DNA from: an uncultured Desulfobacterales bacterium
GTDB lineage: Bacteria > Desulfobacterota > Dissulfuribacteria > Dissulfuribacterales > QOAL01
Length of the DNA: 64,000 nt
Assembly: GCA_964573615.1 (NCBI GenBank)
Contig: CAZNKD010000065.1
Location: forward strand, 5,843 to 69,842
Reading direction: 5' to 3'
Numbering within the stretch: the first letter of the stretch is position 1; every line of letters starts with the position of its first letter. The position numbers and the translations under genes were made by a program. Below are positions 9,752 through 19,378 of this stretch, piece by piece. Below the pieces are notes generated by a model, which saw only the letters and a program-made list of their open reading frames with translations, ran no database searches and was not told the origin of the DNA.

Positions 9752-9971
9752 GATCCGGCAATAGTAGTTCCCCAAACCGCTTCTGGCAAGGAGCCTTTGG
9801 ACAGGATTCCTGCAGCAGGTCCAAGCAAGGGGTGAATCGAGCTATACAGCCGGCTCCAAATAGGGTAAAAATTCAGTAAAAAGATAAGGGAACCTCGATC
9901 GAGAGGCGGGTTTATGAAAGACGGCGTTACAGGAATCCCCAAAAAAGGAGGTCCCAAAAAGGAGGTCTTTG

Positions 9972-10643
9972 ATGAACAAAATCGCATGCCTTGCCCTTGC
10001 CATCCTTTTGTCAGCACTATCCTTGAGCGGGTGCGGCCCCAAGGCCCCTGAGCCAACAGGCTTTCTTCACGACTACTCAAAGCTGAGGCCGGGAAAGGAG
10101 GGAGAGGCCCTAAAACGCTATGTCGATCCAGCAGCGGACTTTTCCAAATACAACAAGATCATGCTCGATCATGTGGTCTTCTACTTCAAGGACAACAAAA
10201 ACCAGGTGGGCATCTCACCTGAGGAACTCAAACAGCTCTCCGACTACTTCGAGCAGGCCTTGATAAATGCACTCAAGGACAAGTATCCCATAGTATCCGA
10301 GCCAGGCCCAGACGTACTGCGAATTCGCATTGCCATCACCAATGTGAAGGCGGGAAATCCGGTACTCGGGGCGGCATCTGCGGTACTGCCGGTGGGAGTT
10401 GCCGTGAACGCCCTCTCAAACGTGACCACGGGAGAGTCGGTCAATGTTGGAGAGGCCTCCATCGAGGCGGAATTCATGGATTCCGAGACAGGAAAGGTGA
10501 TAGCGGCCATGATAGACCGCAAGGTGGGCTCCACCTACTCGTCTGGAACAGTGAAAGGAAAGTGGGGCCATGCAAAACAGGCCTTCGACACCTGGGCAAA
10601 GATCCTGAGAAAACGCCTCGATGAGATGCTCGGAGGCAGTTAG
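9972..10643 (+). CDS. Lipoprotein (DUF3313-like)
   Basis: It has a signal peptide with the lipobox LSLSGC. A strong SD (AGGAGG) lies 6 nt upstream of the ATG. The family call is from memory only. Confidence 0.6.
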   Translation: MNKIACLALAILLSALSLSGCGPKAPEPTGFLHDYSKLRPGKEGEALKRYVDPAADFSKYNKIMLDHVVFYFKDNKNQVGISPEELKQLSDYFEQALINALKDKYPIVSEPGPDVLRIRIAITNVKAGNPVLGAASAVLPVGVAVNALSNVTTGESVNVGEASIEAEFMDSETGKVIAAMIDRKVGSTYSSGTVKGKWGHAKQAFDTWAKILRKRLDEMLGGS

Positions 10644-10757
10644 GGAGCAGGGACAAGAAATCCAGCCTATTAGAAAATGGGCTGACGAAAAGGGGCTGAG
10701 AAAAGCAGATCCTTATCAGAGCGATTAGGTATCTGGCCGATTTGGTATCTGGCTAGC

Positions 10758-11492
10758 TCAGCCCCTGGCGAGGAACTCTTCCGCCTCTTTGAGGTCTTGG
10801 GGCCTGTCCACATCTATGACCTTCCCCACATCTATGCCGTAGGCCCTGCGGCCCTGCCTCAAAAGCCATCCAAGAAACTGCCTCAGTGCAGGAAAATCAC
10901 CAGGATCGACCCCCTCTGCCCAAGATGCAGGAAGGCAGTAGAGCCCGCAGGTTACCGGCCCCTCGGATAGATCCCCACCAAGGTCCACTATCCTGCCGGA
11001 ACCGTCCAGACGGCAAAAGAGCGGCTTTTCATCATCCACGAACCGGGTGATGCCCAGAAAAAGGGCCTCCCTCTCCCCACTTTTGAAGATCTGTTCCCTG
11101 AAGGCATTCAAAAGACCCGGCCTGTAGATGGAATCCACCGTCGATACCAGCACCAGAGTATCCCTTCCCATCTGCCGCAAGACCCTTTCAAGCAGCCTTA
11201 TGAAGCTCTCGGCCGAGCTTTCGGTATCGCGGCAAAAGGGCCTGATATCCGCGGAAGGGAAGGCCCCCTCGAGATAGTCCCTGCACTCGTGACAGACGGT
11301 CGAGTTCAGGATGACGAAGACCGGGCACAAGGCCGCCCTTTCAAACTCGGCCACCTGCCTTCCTATGAGCGGCATACCGCCTATCTCGACCATCTGCTTT
11401 GGGACGGATATCCCAGCCCCTAAAAGCCTGGTTCCATGCCCGGCGGCAATGATGCCGCCGCATACCATGGGCGCCTTCATCAAGTTGCCCAT
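10758..11492 (-). CDS. Sugar-phosphate nucleotidyltransferase family protein
   Basis: The N-terminal GIIAAGHGTRL (GxGTRL) motif is present. The exact start is uncertain, with several Met codons in the first 9 codons. Confidence 0.75.
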   Translation of the reverse strand: MGNLMKAPMVCGGIIAAGHGTRLLGAGISVPKQMVEIGGMPLIGRQVAEFERAALCPVFVILNSTVCHECRDYLEGAFPSADIRPFCRDTESSAESFIRLLERVLRQMGRDTLVLVSTVDSIYRPGLLNAFREQIFKSGEREALFLGITRFVDDEKPLFCRLDGSGRIVDLGGDLSEGPVTCGLYCLPASWAEGVDPGDFPALRQFLGWLLRQGRRAYGIDVGKVIDVDRPQDLKEAEEFLARG

Positions 11493-12175
11493 CTGGACAG
11501 CAGGGCCTCAAGCTCATCCAGGCCCGATATGACAGGTATCTCCAGCCTGAGGGCCTCGGCAGCAGCCCTCATCCATGGAGGAACCAGCCAGACCGGTCTC
11601 ATCCCCACCCCAAGGGCCCCCTTGATGTCCCTGGGGAGCGAATCCCCCACCATGACAGCCTCATGGGGCTCTACACCCACGGCCTTCAGCGCAGACATGA
11701 ATATGGCGGGGTTCGGCTTTTCACACCCGAGGATCCTGGAATCCACCATGACATCTGCAAAATAGATGAGACCGGTCTGCCTGCAGATGGCCTCCAGATT
11801 GCCATAGTTGTTGGAGATGATGCCTATGGCATAGCGCTCCTTCAGCCTGGAGATCAGCTCGATGTTGCGCCGTATGCTTGTCAGGCTCTCATCCAGAAAC
11901 CGCCTTGAGATCTCATCCGCCAGCACCCAGTCCCGGATCCCCAGGCCGGCGAGCACGCGTCTGACCTGCTCCCTGACCACCTGATCCAGATCCATGTGGC
12001 TCGGGCACTCGGCCACCAGGGCATCATCTGCCTGATAGAAGGCCCTGGTGAAACGATCAAAGGGCACATGCACCCCGCACTTCACATAGCAGCTATAGAA
12101 GTGCTCTCTCCACGGGATTCCAGGAGAGTCCAGGGTGCCACCATAGTCGAAAAATATGGCCCTTATCCCTGACAT
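11480..12175 (-). CDS. HAD-superfamily hydrolase
   Basis: HAD motifs are present: I (IFFDYGGTL), III/IV (ISNN... and MVGDSLPRDIKGA). Confidence 0.85.
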   Translation of the reverse strand: MSGIRAIFFDYGGTLDSPGIPWREHFYSCYVKCGVHVPFDRFTRAFYQADDALVAECPSHMDLDQVVREQVRRVLAGLGIRDWVLADEISRRFLDESLTSIRRNIELISRLKERYAIGIISNNYGNLEAICRQTGLIYFADVMVDSRILGCEKPNPAIFMSALKAVGVEPHEAVMVGDSLPRDIKGALGVGMRPVWLVPPWMRAAAEALRLEIPVISGLDELEALLSRWAT

Positions 12176-12202
12176 GGTCTCTTTTCCCCCTTTTTCGAGC
12201 GC

Positions 12203-12970
12203 CTAAACGCACTCATTTGCCTGTTCCTCAAGCCTTGCAATCAGCTCGTCTATGGTATGGGTCTTCAGGTAAAAGGCGTACTCCACCCGTTTGAGGGAGA
12301 GATCGCTCACCCCCATTGCGATCACACTCACTATCTTGTACCCCCTGGGTGTGGGGTGCATGAGGTAGTCCAGCTCCACTTCATCACCGTCTGCCTTGAT
12401 GAGAACCGTCTTGACCTTGAGCCGGCCGCGCCGGGATGGCACCGTCTGCCTGGTCTCGAACCTCTCGCCATTCCAGGACTTGAACCGCTTGGCATAAGTG
12501 GCGATGCTCATGGAGGAAAAGGCCGCTATGAAACGCTCCTTCTCCTCCTTACTGAGGCCCTTCCACGCCCTTCCAAGCACGATGCGGGATATCAGGGGAA
12601 AATCGAACACCTCTGTCACAACCCCCTCTATCTGCGCATATCTCTGCCTGCATGTCGCCCCCTTCTGACCTGCCTTCATTATCCCCAAAAGGGCCGAGTG
12701 AAGCCTTTCGACCACCAGGGCCGCCTCCCTGGCTGGAGCCTCCTGTTCTCCCCCTTCTGAAGACGATGCGAGCTCGACCGTGCCCCCCCTTTCCAGCTCA
12801 GGCCCTTCATTGCCTGCCAAGACCGAACAGGCCTGACCCCAAAAGGCCGTGATCATAAAGGCTATGGCCATGAAAGAGGCGGCCCTGGACCAGAGCCGAA
12901 ACCATCTCCTGCTGCCTGCCCGCCTCTCTTTTTCCAGCCCTCCTGCCCTTTTGTCTCTGATTCCTTCCAC
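12203..12970 (-). CDS. MlaC/Ttg2D-family lipid-binding periplasmic protein (HpnM-like)
   Basis: The core FDFPLISRIVLGRAWKGLSKEEKERFIAAFSSMSIATYAKRF is typical of the MlaC family. An N-terminal signal/anchor is present. Confidence 0.7.
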   Translation of the reverse strand: MEGIRDKRAGGLEKERRAGSRRWFRLWSRAASFMAIAFMITAFWGQACSVLAGNEGPELERGGTVELASSSEGGEQEAPAREAALVVERLHSALLGIMKAGQKGATCRQRYAQIEGVVTEVFDFPLISRIVLGRAWKGLSKEEKERFIAAFSSMSIATYAKRFKSWNGERFETRQTVPSRRGRLKVKTVLIKADGDEVELDYLMHPTPRGYKIVSVIAMGVSDLSLKRVEYAFYLKTHTIDELIARLEEQANECV

Positions 12971-12988
12971 TTATGTCTCCTTCTATCC

Positions 12989-13999
12989 TTAAGGTTTCAT
13001 TCTCCTGAAGATCAGCCGCCCCTCTTCCACCTGCCAGGCCACAAGTGCCGGAATGCCCAGGACCAGCTCCCTGAACCTCTTGGCAAGTGACATGCTGAGG
13101 GCAATCTCGGGGCTCAGGCCAACCATGCTGCCGAGGAAGACAAAACCGCCCTCCTGGACCCCATAGGCACCCGGGATCAAAAAGGCGATCCCCCTGATGA
13201 CATGCCCCAGGCTCTCGAGCAGCACGGCCTTTAGTATGGTGGGCTCTGCCCCCATGAACCAGAGAGCCAGCCAGACCTCTGTAGCCCCTGCTATCCAGCC
13301 GGCCAGCCTCCACAGGAACGAGATGGCCACCTTCCTCTTTGCCTGATATGTACTCCTTATGGCCTCGTCAAGGGCCTCTGCGTTTCCGGCAAGATCGTTA
13401 AGCCTCTCACGCCCTACGAACACGGCCAGCAGATTGACCAGTCTTGCCCAGAACCCCCTCCTCTGCGCCCAGATGAAGAGTGCCACCAGGGTGAGGAGCA
13501 ATGCAAAGCCGGACAGGGCGTGTAGCAGGATCTCATGCCCGCCCAGGGAGATCAGGCAGCCTATGCCGATCAGGGTGAAGACCAGCTGGGAGAGAAGGGC
13601 TACAGTGACCTCCACGAAGACGCTGGCCCCTGCCTCAGGTACTGGATAGTTCCTTACTGCCAGCAGCCTGGCCCGCACCATGTCTCCGCCGATCTGAGCT
13701 GCCGGCAGCAGGGAGTTTATGGCCTCGCCGATCCAGCGGGCATAGATGAGAAGATGGAGCGGAGGCACCCTTCTGCCGATGAATAGCAGACGCCAGGCAT
13801 GGGAATCCATGAAGAGCGGCAACGCATGCGAGGCTGCAACCAGCACAAGGCCCCAGCCTGCTGCGGCCAGGGCCTCCATGACATCGCCGATCCCATAGTA
13901 GAGCAGGATGGCGATCAGGAGCGAAAGGCCCAGGAAAAAGAGGATGTATCCCTTATGCTTCACCGGGGGCCCAAAAAGCTGAGTCCAAGGCCCTGGCAC
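12989..13999 (-). CDS. Flippase-like membrane protein, lysylphosphatidylglycerol-synthase TM region family (UPF0104, HpnL-like)
   Basis: 336 aa with about 8 TM segments and the Gly/Ala-rich pattern typical of UPF0104. It pairs with the MlaC-like gene. Confidence 0.65.
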   Translation of the reverse strand: MPGPWTQLFGPPVKHKGYILFFLGLSLLIAILLYYGIGDVMEALAAAGWGLVLVAASHALPLFMDSHAWRLLFIGRRVPPLHLLIYARWIGEAINSLLPAAQIGGDMVRARLLAVRNYPVPEAGASVFVEVTVALLSQLVFTLIGIGCLISLGGHEILLHALSGFALLLTLVALFIWAQRRGFWARLVNLLAVFVGRERLNDLAGNAEALDEAIRSTYQAKRKVAISFLWRLAGWIAGATEVWLALWFMGAEPTILKAVLLESLGHVIRGIAFLIPGAYGVQEGGFVFLGSMVGLSPEIALSMSLAKRFRELVLGIPALVAWQVEEGRLIFRRMKP

Positions 14000-14081
14000 C
14001 CACCCAGACAGGTCTCACAAGATGGACTGTATGACAGGCCAGCCATGTCTCTATCCTGCACCAAGGCGGTAACAGGGGGTC

Positions 14082-15818
14082 TTAAAAGTCCCAGAAGGTA
14101 TCGATCTCCTCACCGGTAAAGTCCCATACCGTGTTGTGGGGCGGAAGCGGCTCCCTGCTGAAGAACTCAGGCAGCCGGTCATCCCGATTGGTGAATCCGG
14201 CCCTCTGGTTGAACTCCCTTTCGGTCTTCAGGATACGTTTTCCAAGCTCCATTACATCGTCAACAGTAAGCTCTGTGCCGAAACGGGCATTTATCATATC
14301 CACTATGGCTGGCAGCAGGGCCTCGTCGTCCAGGATGGCAAAGGCCGTGAAGAGGCACAGCCCGGTGGAATCGATGGCGGCAGTGGCGATCTGGAGATTG
14401 CGGGAGAGCTCTATCTGCCCATCCTTTGAGAGCGGATCAAGGTTTCCGCCACTTCCGAGTATATTCGTGGCAATGGTGTATCCAGCCGTATGGTCTGCAC
14501 CCATGGTCGAGGTGGCATAGGTTATGCCAATTCCCTTTACCGCCCGAGGATCATAGGCGGGGATGGCCTGATTCTTCACGACCGGCACCCTTGTGACACC
14601 ATAGGCGCGCCCAACGGTTGCGGCCCCGTTTCCTATGATGCGCCCAAGGGGGGTGCCCTTTGCGATCTCCTCCCTGATGATGCGCACCATCTCGTTGCCA
14701 TCTCCGAAACCGAGCACCCCTGCCTCCATGGCGACCCCGAAGGCAACCCCGATCTCCACTGTGTCAAGGCCCAGGTCATCGAGCCAGTGGTCCGCCTCGG
14801 CAAGGATGTCCAAGTTGTCCACACAGCAGTCGGCTCCCATGGCCCAGATACTCTCATACTCGAAGCCAGAGGTCTTGTAGCGCCCCTCCTTGTCGTTGAA
14901 GACCTGGGAGCACATTATGATGCACCCCTTGTGACAGTTATGGCGCACCTTGCCGCCACGCTCCTTGATAAGGGCGTTCATGGTCTCGCCTGCGATGGCA
15001 TCATGCCCATCGAACTGCCCCTTGGTGAAATTCCGCGTGGGCAGTGCACCTGCATTGTGGATGATGTTTATCAGGACATCGGTCCCGTACTCGGCAAGGG
15101 CCTTGGTGATCCCATGATCCGCCACCCCCTTTGCAAAGACCTTGGCGGCCTTGCTGAAGGCCTCTGGATCAGCGATATGGATGCCCGGAGCCCCTTCCGG
15201 ATCGATGGCTATGAACTTTATCCCCTTTGATCCCATGACGGCCCCAAGGCCCCCGCGGCCATGGCTCCTGAGCTTGCCGTCCGGATCCTTTACGGAGATA
15301 TTCGCTGCAAGCATCTTCATCTCGCCTGCAGGACCTATGGTGAGCACAGAGCACTTCTGCCCAAAACGTGCAGCCACACCCTCCACCACCTTGAAATTGC
15401 CGGCACCTACGAGCTCTTCCTCTCGCGAGATCTCGACCCCGTCCTTGGACACCTTGATGCCGTAAAAGCCCTCCTTGGCCTGCCCCTCTATTATGATGGC
15501 CTTTATACCGAGCTTTGCCAGGGCCTGGGCCGCGGTTCCGCCGGCATTGGTCTCTTTGATGGTGCCCGTAAGGGGGCTCTTAGCCCCGGCCGACAGCCTT
15601 CCGGAATTGGCTGCGGGCGTGCCGGTAAGCAGCCCTGGTGCGAATATGAGCTTGTTTGAGGGCCCAAGGGGATGGCAGAGGGGATCGACCTCCCTGGAGA
15701 CGATCTCAGAGGTCAGGGCCCTTCCCCCGAGCCCCATCCACTCCTCTGGGGTCTGCTCGATCTTCCATGTCAGCTCATTCATATCTATACGGACTATCCT
15801 GTCTGGGCCTGCTGCCAT
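14082..15818 (-). CDS. aor: Aldehyde:ferredoxin oxidoreductase (tungstopterin enzyme)
   Basis: 578 aa. The AOR N-terminal domain shows LGGRALTSEIV...GPSNKLIFAPGLLTG. C-terminal AOR family blocks are present, including DSTGLCLF. Confidence 0.9.
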   Translation of the reverse strand: MAAGPDRIVRIDMNELTWKIEQTPEEWMGLGGRALTSEIVSREVDPLCHPLGPSNKLIFAPGLLTGTPAANSGRLSAGAKSPLTGTIKETNAGGTAAQALAKLGIKAIIIEGQAKEGFYGIKVSKDGVEISREEELVGAGNFKVVEGVAARFGQKCSVLTIGPAGEMKMLAANISVKDPDGKLRSHGRGGLGAVMGSKGIKFIAIDPEGAPGIHIADPEAFSKAAKVFAKGVADHGITKALAEYGTDVLINIIHNAGALPTRNFTKGQFDGHDAIAGETMNALIKERGGKVRHNCHKGCIIMCSQVFNDKEGRYKTSGFEYESIWAMGADCCVDNLDILAEADHWLDDLGLDTVEIGVAFGVAMEAGVLGFGDGNEMVRIIREEIAKGTPLGRIIGNGAATVGRAYGVTRVPVVKNQAIPAYDPRAVKGIGITYATSTMGADHTAGYTIATNILGSGGNLDPLSKDGQIELSRNLQIATAAIDSTGLCLFTAFAILDDEALLPAIVDMINARFGTELTVDDVMELGKRILKTEREFNQRAGFTNRDDRLPEFFSREPLPPHNTVWDFTGEEIDTFWDF

Positions 15819-16022
15819 CTTGCCTTACCTCCTGTGCTTGTGTTTCTGGTCTCTTAAGGTATATATAACATATTTTCAGTTCCTGCCCGATGAATTCCGT
15901 ACCCCCTTGCGGCATGGCAAAGTTTTAATTGACCGCGAAACCAAGTCCGAACATATTATGTATCAGAAAAAATTTTCTCCTGAACCCTTCAAAGACCCAC
16001 TATCAAGAGGTACTTACTGAAT

Positions 16023-19000
16023 ATGGCCCAAGAAGCAATCATCCAACCAGAACTGTCTTGCAACCACTATTCTTTCCCGGGCTTCGAGGTCGATATCTCC
16101 GGCAGCCTCATACGGATCGGTTGGGACCATTCGGCCATATCGGGCCGGATCAACACCGCAATGGAGGACCTCTGGGTGGAGGTATTCAGGCCCTGGGACC
16201 AATCCTGCATCTTCAGCAGGAAATGCACCTTTCAGAAGGGGACGGAGTTCTTCCTGGATGAGACCGGCACCTTCGAGATCCGCCTGGTGAGAAAGGAGCA
16301 CTTCAAGCTCATCGTCTCCACGGACAGCCATTACAGCCCAAAGGTCTCTGTGGTGTCCGAAAACGAGGCCAGGCACCATATCACCTGGAGCGATATCGAC
16401 TGGGACAGGATCAGGAATGAAGTAGAGCGGGCCTGGGGCCTGGACTGGGAACAGGATGTGGAGCTCTGCCTCCATGTGCTCAGATGGCCGGATCCTTCAG
16501 GCAACCTGGAAGAGGAGGAGTGGATAGGGGTCGGGCTTTCTGACTACAGCCTGGTGCTTGGTGCGCTGAAGCGTGTGAACCTCGCCGTTGTCAGAAAGGA
16601 CTCCCTTACGGCACGGAAGGGCAGGGAAGGCCAGGGCCCTGAACTGTTGAAGATCATCTATTCCATCTGCTTCGGGGCGCCCGAAACCCTGGAGGTGCTC
16701 TCTTCCGGCACCATAGAGCTGGCTGCAAAGGCACCGTATTTCGAGCTGAAACGAGAGATATGGGAGGAGGACAGTGTGCAGCTCAGGGCCTGGTGGCGCC
16801 TTCCGGATTCCATGTGGGACGAGGTGAGAAGGGCGGCAGAGCGCCACGGGCTCGACTGGAAGGAGTGCCATGTGGCCATTGGCCTCATGAAGAGCGATGA
16901 AAAGGGGAGATTCATCCCGGAGGGACAGGGAGGCAGGCTGATCCCTGAGACCAATGACTGGCTCTTTGCCGGCCTCAAGGATGGTGCGGCCTACAGGGCA
17001 CAGCTCCTCATCAGGTCGGAAAACGGGTCCAGGGAGCTCCTTCTCATGGAGTCCAACATATGTCCTGTACCGGCAAAGCCCGATCACATAGTGCTCATCC
17101 CAATAGATGAAAGGCGGGCCTATACCTACTGGCATCTGGACAGAGGCCGTCTTGAAAATAGCCTTGAAGAGCTCCACAGCAAGACAGGCACCCAGGTGCG
17201 CACCTACATCAAGGTACTTCACGAGTGGGGTGGCCAGAGCTTTCACGAGATGGACAAGGACGTGGAGGTCTATCTCGGGGCCACTGACAACTACTACCTG
17301 AATCTCGATCCTGACAAGATCTACAGGGTGCAGCTGGTGGCGGTCTCTGGAAACAGCATCCGGGAGCTCACAGCACCCTCAAACCCCATCCAGACCGCCC
17401 GCACATCTCCTGGCACCAATCCGGTCCAGTACAAGGAGGTCACTCCCATCAGGCAACATCCCTCCCAGAGGGAGTTGCGCTCGGTGATGGGCACTGCCCA
17501 GCACAGCATCGGCCTTCTGATCATCCACCTCCATGCACACCTTCCCTACATAAGAAAGAGGGTGGAGTACGGCTCATCCGGCATATGGCAACCCATGGGC
17601 TATCCTCCGGAGTGGTTCCATGAGGCCATACACAACACCTATGCCCCGTTGATCCTCATGTTCGAGCGACTCCATGAAGAGGGTGTGGACTTCCGCCTCT
17701 CCATGGACATCAGCCCCACTCTTTCGAACATGATGCGGGACGGGCTGCTCCAGGAGGAGTTCCTGAAATACATCGACAGCCACATCAATCTGGCAAGGGC
17801 CGAAGTGGATCGCACCAGGCGTGAGGCCCCGCACTATCATGACACCGCCTGGATGCACCTCAACCGCTTTCTCGAGGTGAGAGACTGCTTCCTGAGATAT
17901 GGGTGTGACCTTACCAGGGCCTTCAGGCGGTTCCAGGACCTCGGATATCTGGAGATCTCCACCTGCGGCGCCACCCACGCCTTTCTGCCATTTCATACCG
18001 CATTTGCCGAATCCGTCCGGGCACAGATAGAGACAGCGGTTGAAGACTACATCGACACCTTCGGGATGGAGCCCAATGGGATCTGGCTGCCGGAGTGTGC
18101 CTATGTGCCGGGGCTTGAGCGCTTCGTGGACGGAGCAGGGCTGAGATACTTCTTTGCAGAGACCCATGCCGTACTCCTTGCAGACTCCCCGCCCGAATTT
18201 GGCACCCATGCGCCGGTCTTCATAAAGGGTTCTGACGTGGCCGTCTTTGCCAGGGACCCGGAGACGGGCAAGCAGGTCTGGAGTGGAGAAGAGGGCTATC
18301 CGGGTGATCCGGACTATCTGGACTTCCACTTCAAGGGCGGCCCGCTTCGCTACAACCGCATCACGACCAGAAAAAACGACTGGAAGGAGCCATATGTGCG
18401 GGCATGGGCCCTCGAGAAGGCGGCCCGACACGCCCAACACTTCATGGAGGCCAGGAATTTCCGCTTCAATCATATCAAGAACTGGTTCTGGAAGAAGCCC
18501 CTGGTGGTGGCCATGTACGATGCCGAACTCTTTGGCCACCACTGGTACGAGGGCACGGACTTCCTGTATTTCCTGCTGAAGAAGCTCTATTACAACCAGA
18601 ACGAGACCGAACTCACCACCCCTACGGCATATCTGGATCGCTACCGCAGGAACCAGGATGTTTTCATAAATGCCTCTTCCTGGGGGGACAAGGGCACCTT
18701 CGACAAATGGATGTACGGATCAGTGTCCTGGATGCACAGGCACACCCATGAGGCGGCAAGGGAGATCGTGGCCATGGCCACGGACCTCAAGAACAACCAG
18801 CCAGACAGCGAGCCTGCAAGACGCATAGTGGCACAGGCAGGAAGGGAGCTCCTGCAGGCCATGAACAGCGACATCCCATTCGTGATCTCGAACGGCCACT
18901 TCGTGGACAGGATGAAGGAGCTCTACTTCGAGGATCTTGAGCGGTTCTGGATACTTCAGGGCCTGTACTGGGGAAAGAACTATGACAATCATGCCGTAAG

Positions 19001-19079
19001 ATGCAGGCTGGAATACCTGGAGATGACAAATCCCATCTTTCCCAAGCTGGATCCGTTTCAGTTCGTGTACGGTGCCTGA
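16023..19079 (+). CDS. Glycoside hydrolase family 57 alpha-glucan branching-type enzyme with a long N-terminal extension
   Basis: 1018 aa. From about residue 497 it shows GH57/DUF1957 blocks: LLIIHLHAHLPYIRK, GYLEISTCGATHAFLP, GIWLPECAY, MYDAELFGHHWYEG. Residues 1 to about 490 have no enzyme motif I recognise. Confidence 0.85.
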   Translation: MAQEAIIQPELSCNHYSFPGFEVDISGSLIRIGWDHSAISGRINTAMEDLWVEVFRPWDQSCIFSRKCTFQKGTEFFLDETGTFEIRLVRKEHFKLIVSTDSHYSPKVSVVSENEARHHITWSDIDWDRIRNEVERAWGLDWEQDVELCLHVLRWPDPSGNLEEEEWIGVGLSDYSLVLGALKRVNLAVVRKDSLTARKGREGQGPELLKIIYSICFGAPETLEVLSSGTIELAAKAPYFELKREIWEEDSVQLRAWWRLPDSMWDEVRRAAERHGLDWKECHVAIGLMKSDEKGRFIPEGQGGRLIPETNDWLFAGLKDGAAYRAQLLIRSENGSRELLLMESNICPVPAKPDHIVLIPIDERRAYTYWHLDRGRLENSLEELHSKTGTQVRTYIKVLHEWGGQSFHEMDKDVEVYLGATDNYYLNLDPDKIYRVQLVAVSGNSIRELTAPSNPIQTARTSPGTNPVQYKEVTPIRQHPSQRELRSVMGTAQHSIGLLIIHLHAHLPYIRKRVEYGSSGIWQPMGYPPEWFHEAIHNTYAPLILMFERLHEEGVDFRLSMDISPTLSNMMRDGLLQEEFLKYIDSHINLARAEVDRTRREAPHYHDTAWMHLNRFLEVRDCFLRYGCDLTRAFRRFQDLGYLEISTCGATHAFLPFHTAFAESVRAQIETAVEDYIDTFGMEPNGIWLPECAYVPGLERFVDGAGLRYFFAETHAVLLADSPPEFGTHAPVFIKGSDVAVFARDPETGKQVWSGEEGYPGDPDYLDFHFKGGPLRYNRITTRKNDWKEPYVRAWALEKAARHAQHFMEARNFRFNHIKNWFWKKPLVVAMYDAELFGHHWYEGTDFLYFLLKKLYYNQNETELTTPTAYLDRYRRNQDVFINASSWGDKGTFDKWMYGSVSWMHRHTHEAAREIVAMATDLKNNQPDSEPARRIVAQAGRELLQAMNSDIPFVISNGHFVDRMKELYFEDLERFWILQGLYWGKNYDNHAVRCRLEYLEMTNPIFPKLDPFQFVYGA

Positions 19080-19150
19080 TGTGGGGCCTGATGTGGGACC
19101 TGATGCGGGGCCTGAGGATGGATCTGATAAAAAGTGGCCTGATGGACGGA
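19075..19150. repeat. Tandem 12-nt repeat array (CCTGATGYGGGR-like, about 6 units)
   Basis: Units read directly are CCTGATGTGGGG, CCTGATGTGGGA, CCTGATGCGGGG and CCTGAGGATGGA, then a degenerate unit, then CCTGATGGACGG. The first unit contains the GH57 stop codon. Confidence 0.85.
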
Positions 19151-19328
19151 AAAGGCCGATGAGACAGAGCTGATGCGGCCAAGAATGTCAAAATTATGAC
19201 TTCTTTTTGATCCCTGGCCCCTCACCCTCAAAAAGGGGCGTCGAAAACAGGCCCCTTCCCTTCAGGACAGATCCTTTACTTTATTTAATATCCCGTAATA
19301 TCAAATAGTTGAAAAGGGCCTTCCTTAC

Positions 19329-19344
19329 TGGCACCGCCTTTGCT
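19329..19344 (+). promoter_or_regulatory. sigma54 (-24/-12) promoter
   Basis: TGGCACcgcctTTGCT has the canonical GG-N10-GC spacing and lies 35 nt upstream of the ATG at 19379. An IHF-consensus match tATCAAatagTTg lies at 19299-19311. Confidence 0.7.
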
Positions 19345-19378
19345 TTTCATGGCAATTACGAAACTATCGGACCATGCC

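Noticed and set aside
9937-9966. Tandem duplication CCCAAAAAAGGAGGT / CCCAAAAAGGAGGT giving two Shine-Dalgarno sequences before the lipoprotein gene
   Set aside because: The duplication is real, but it is a trivial 15-bp duplication. Only the proximal SD is correctly spaced, and there is no evidence of function.
19077-19130. Reading the five periodic in-frame TGA codons after the GH57 gene as multiple selenocysteines (a CGAU-CGAU-type tail)
   Set aside because: Bacterial Sec insertion needs a SECIS hairpin right after each UGA. The 12-nt spacing leaves no room for one, and I see no stable hairpin there. I kept it only as an unexplained repeat (see findings).
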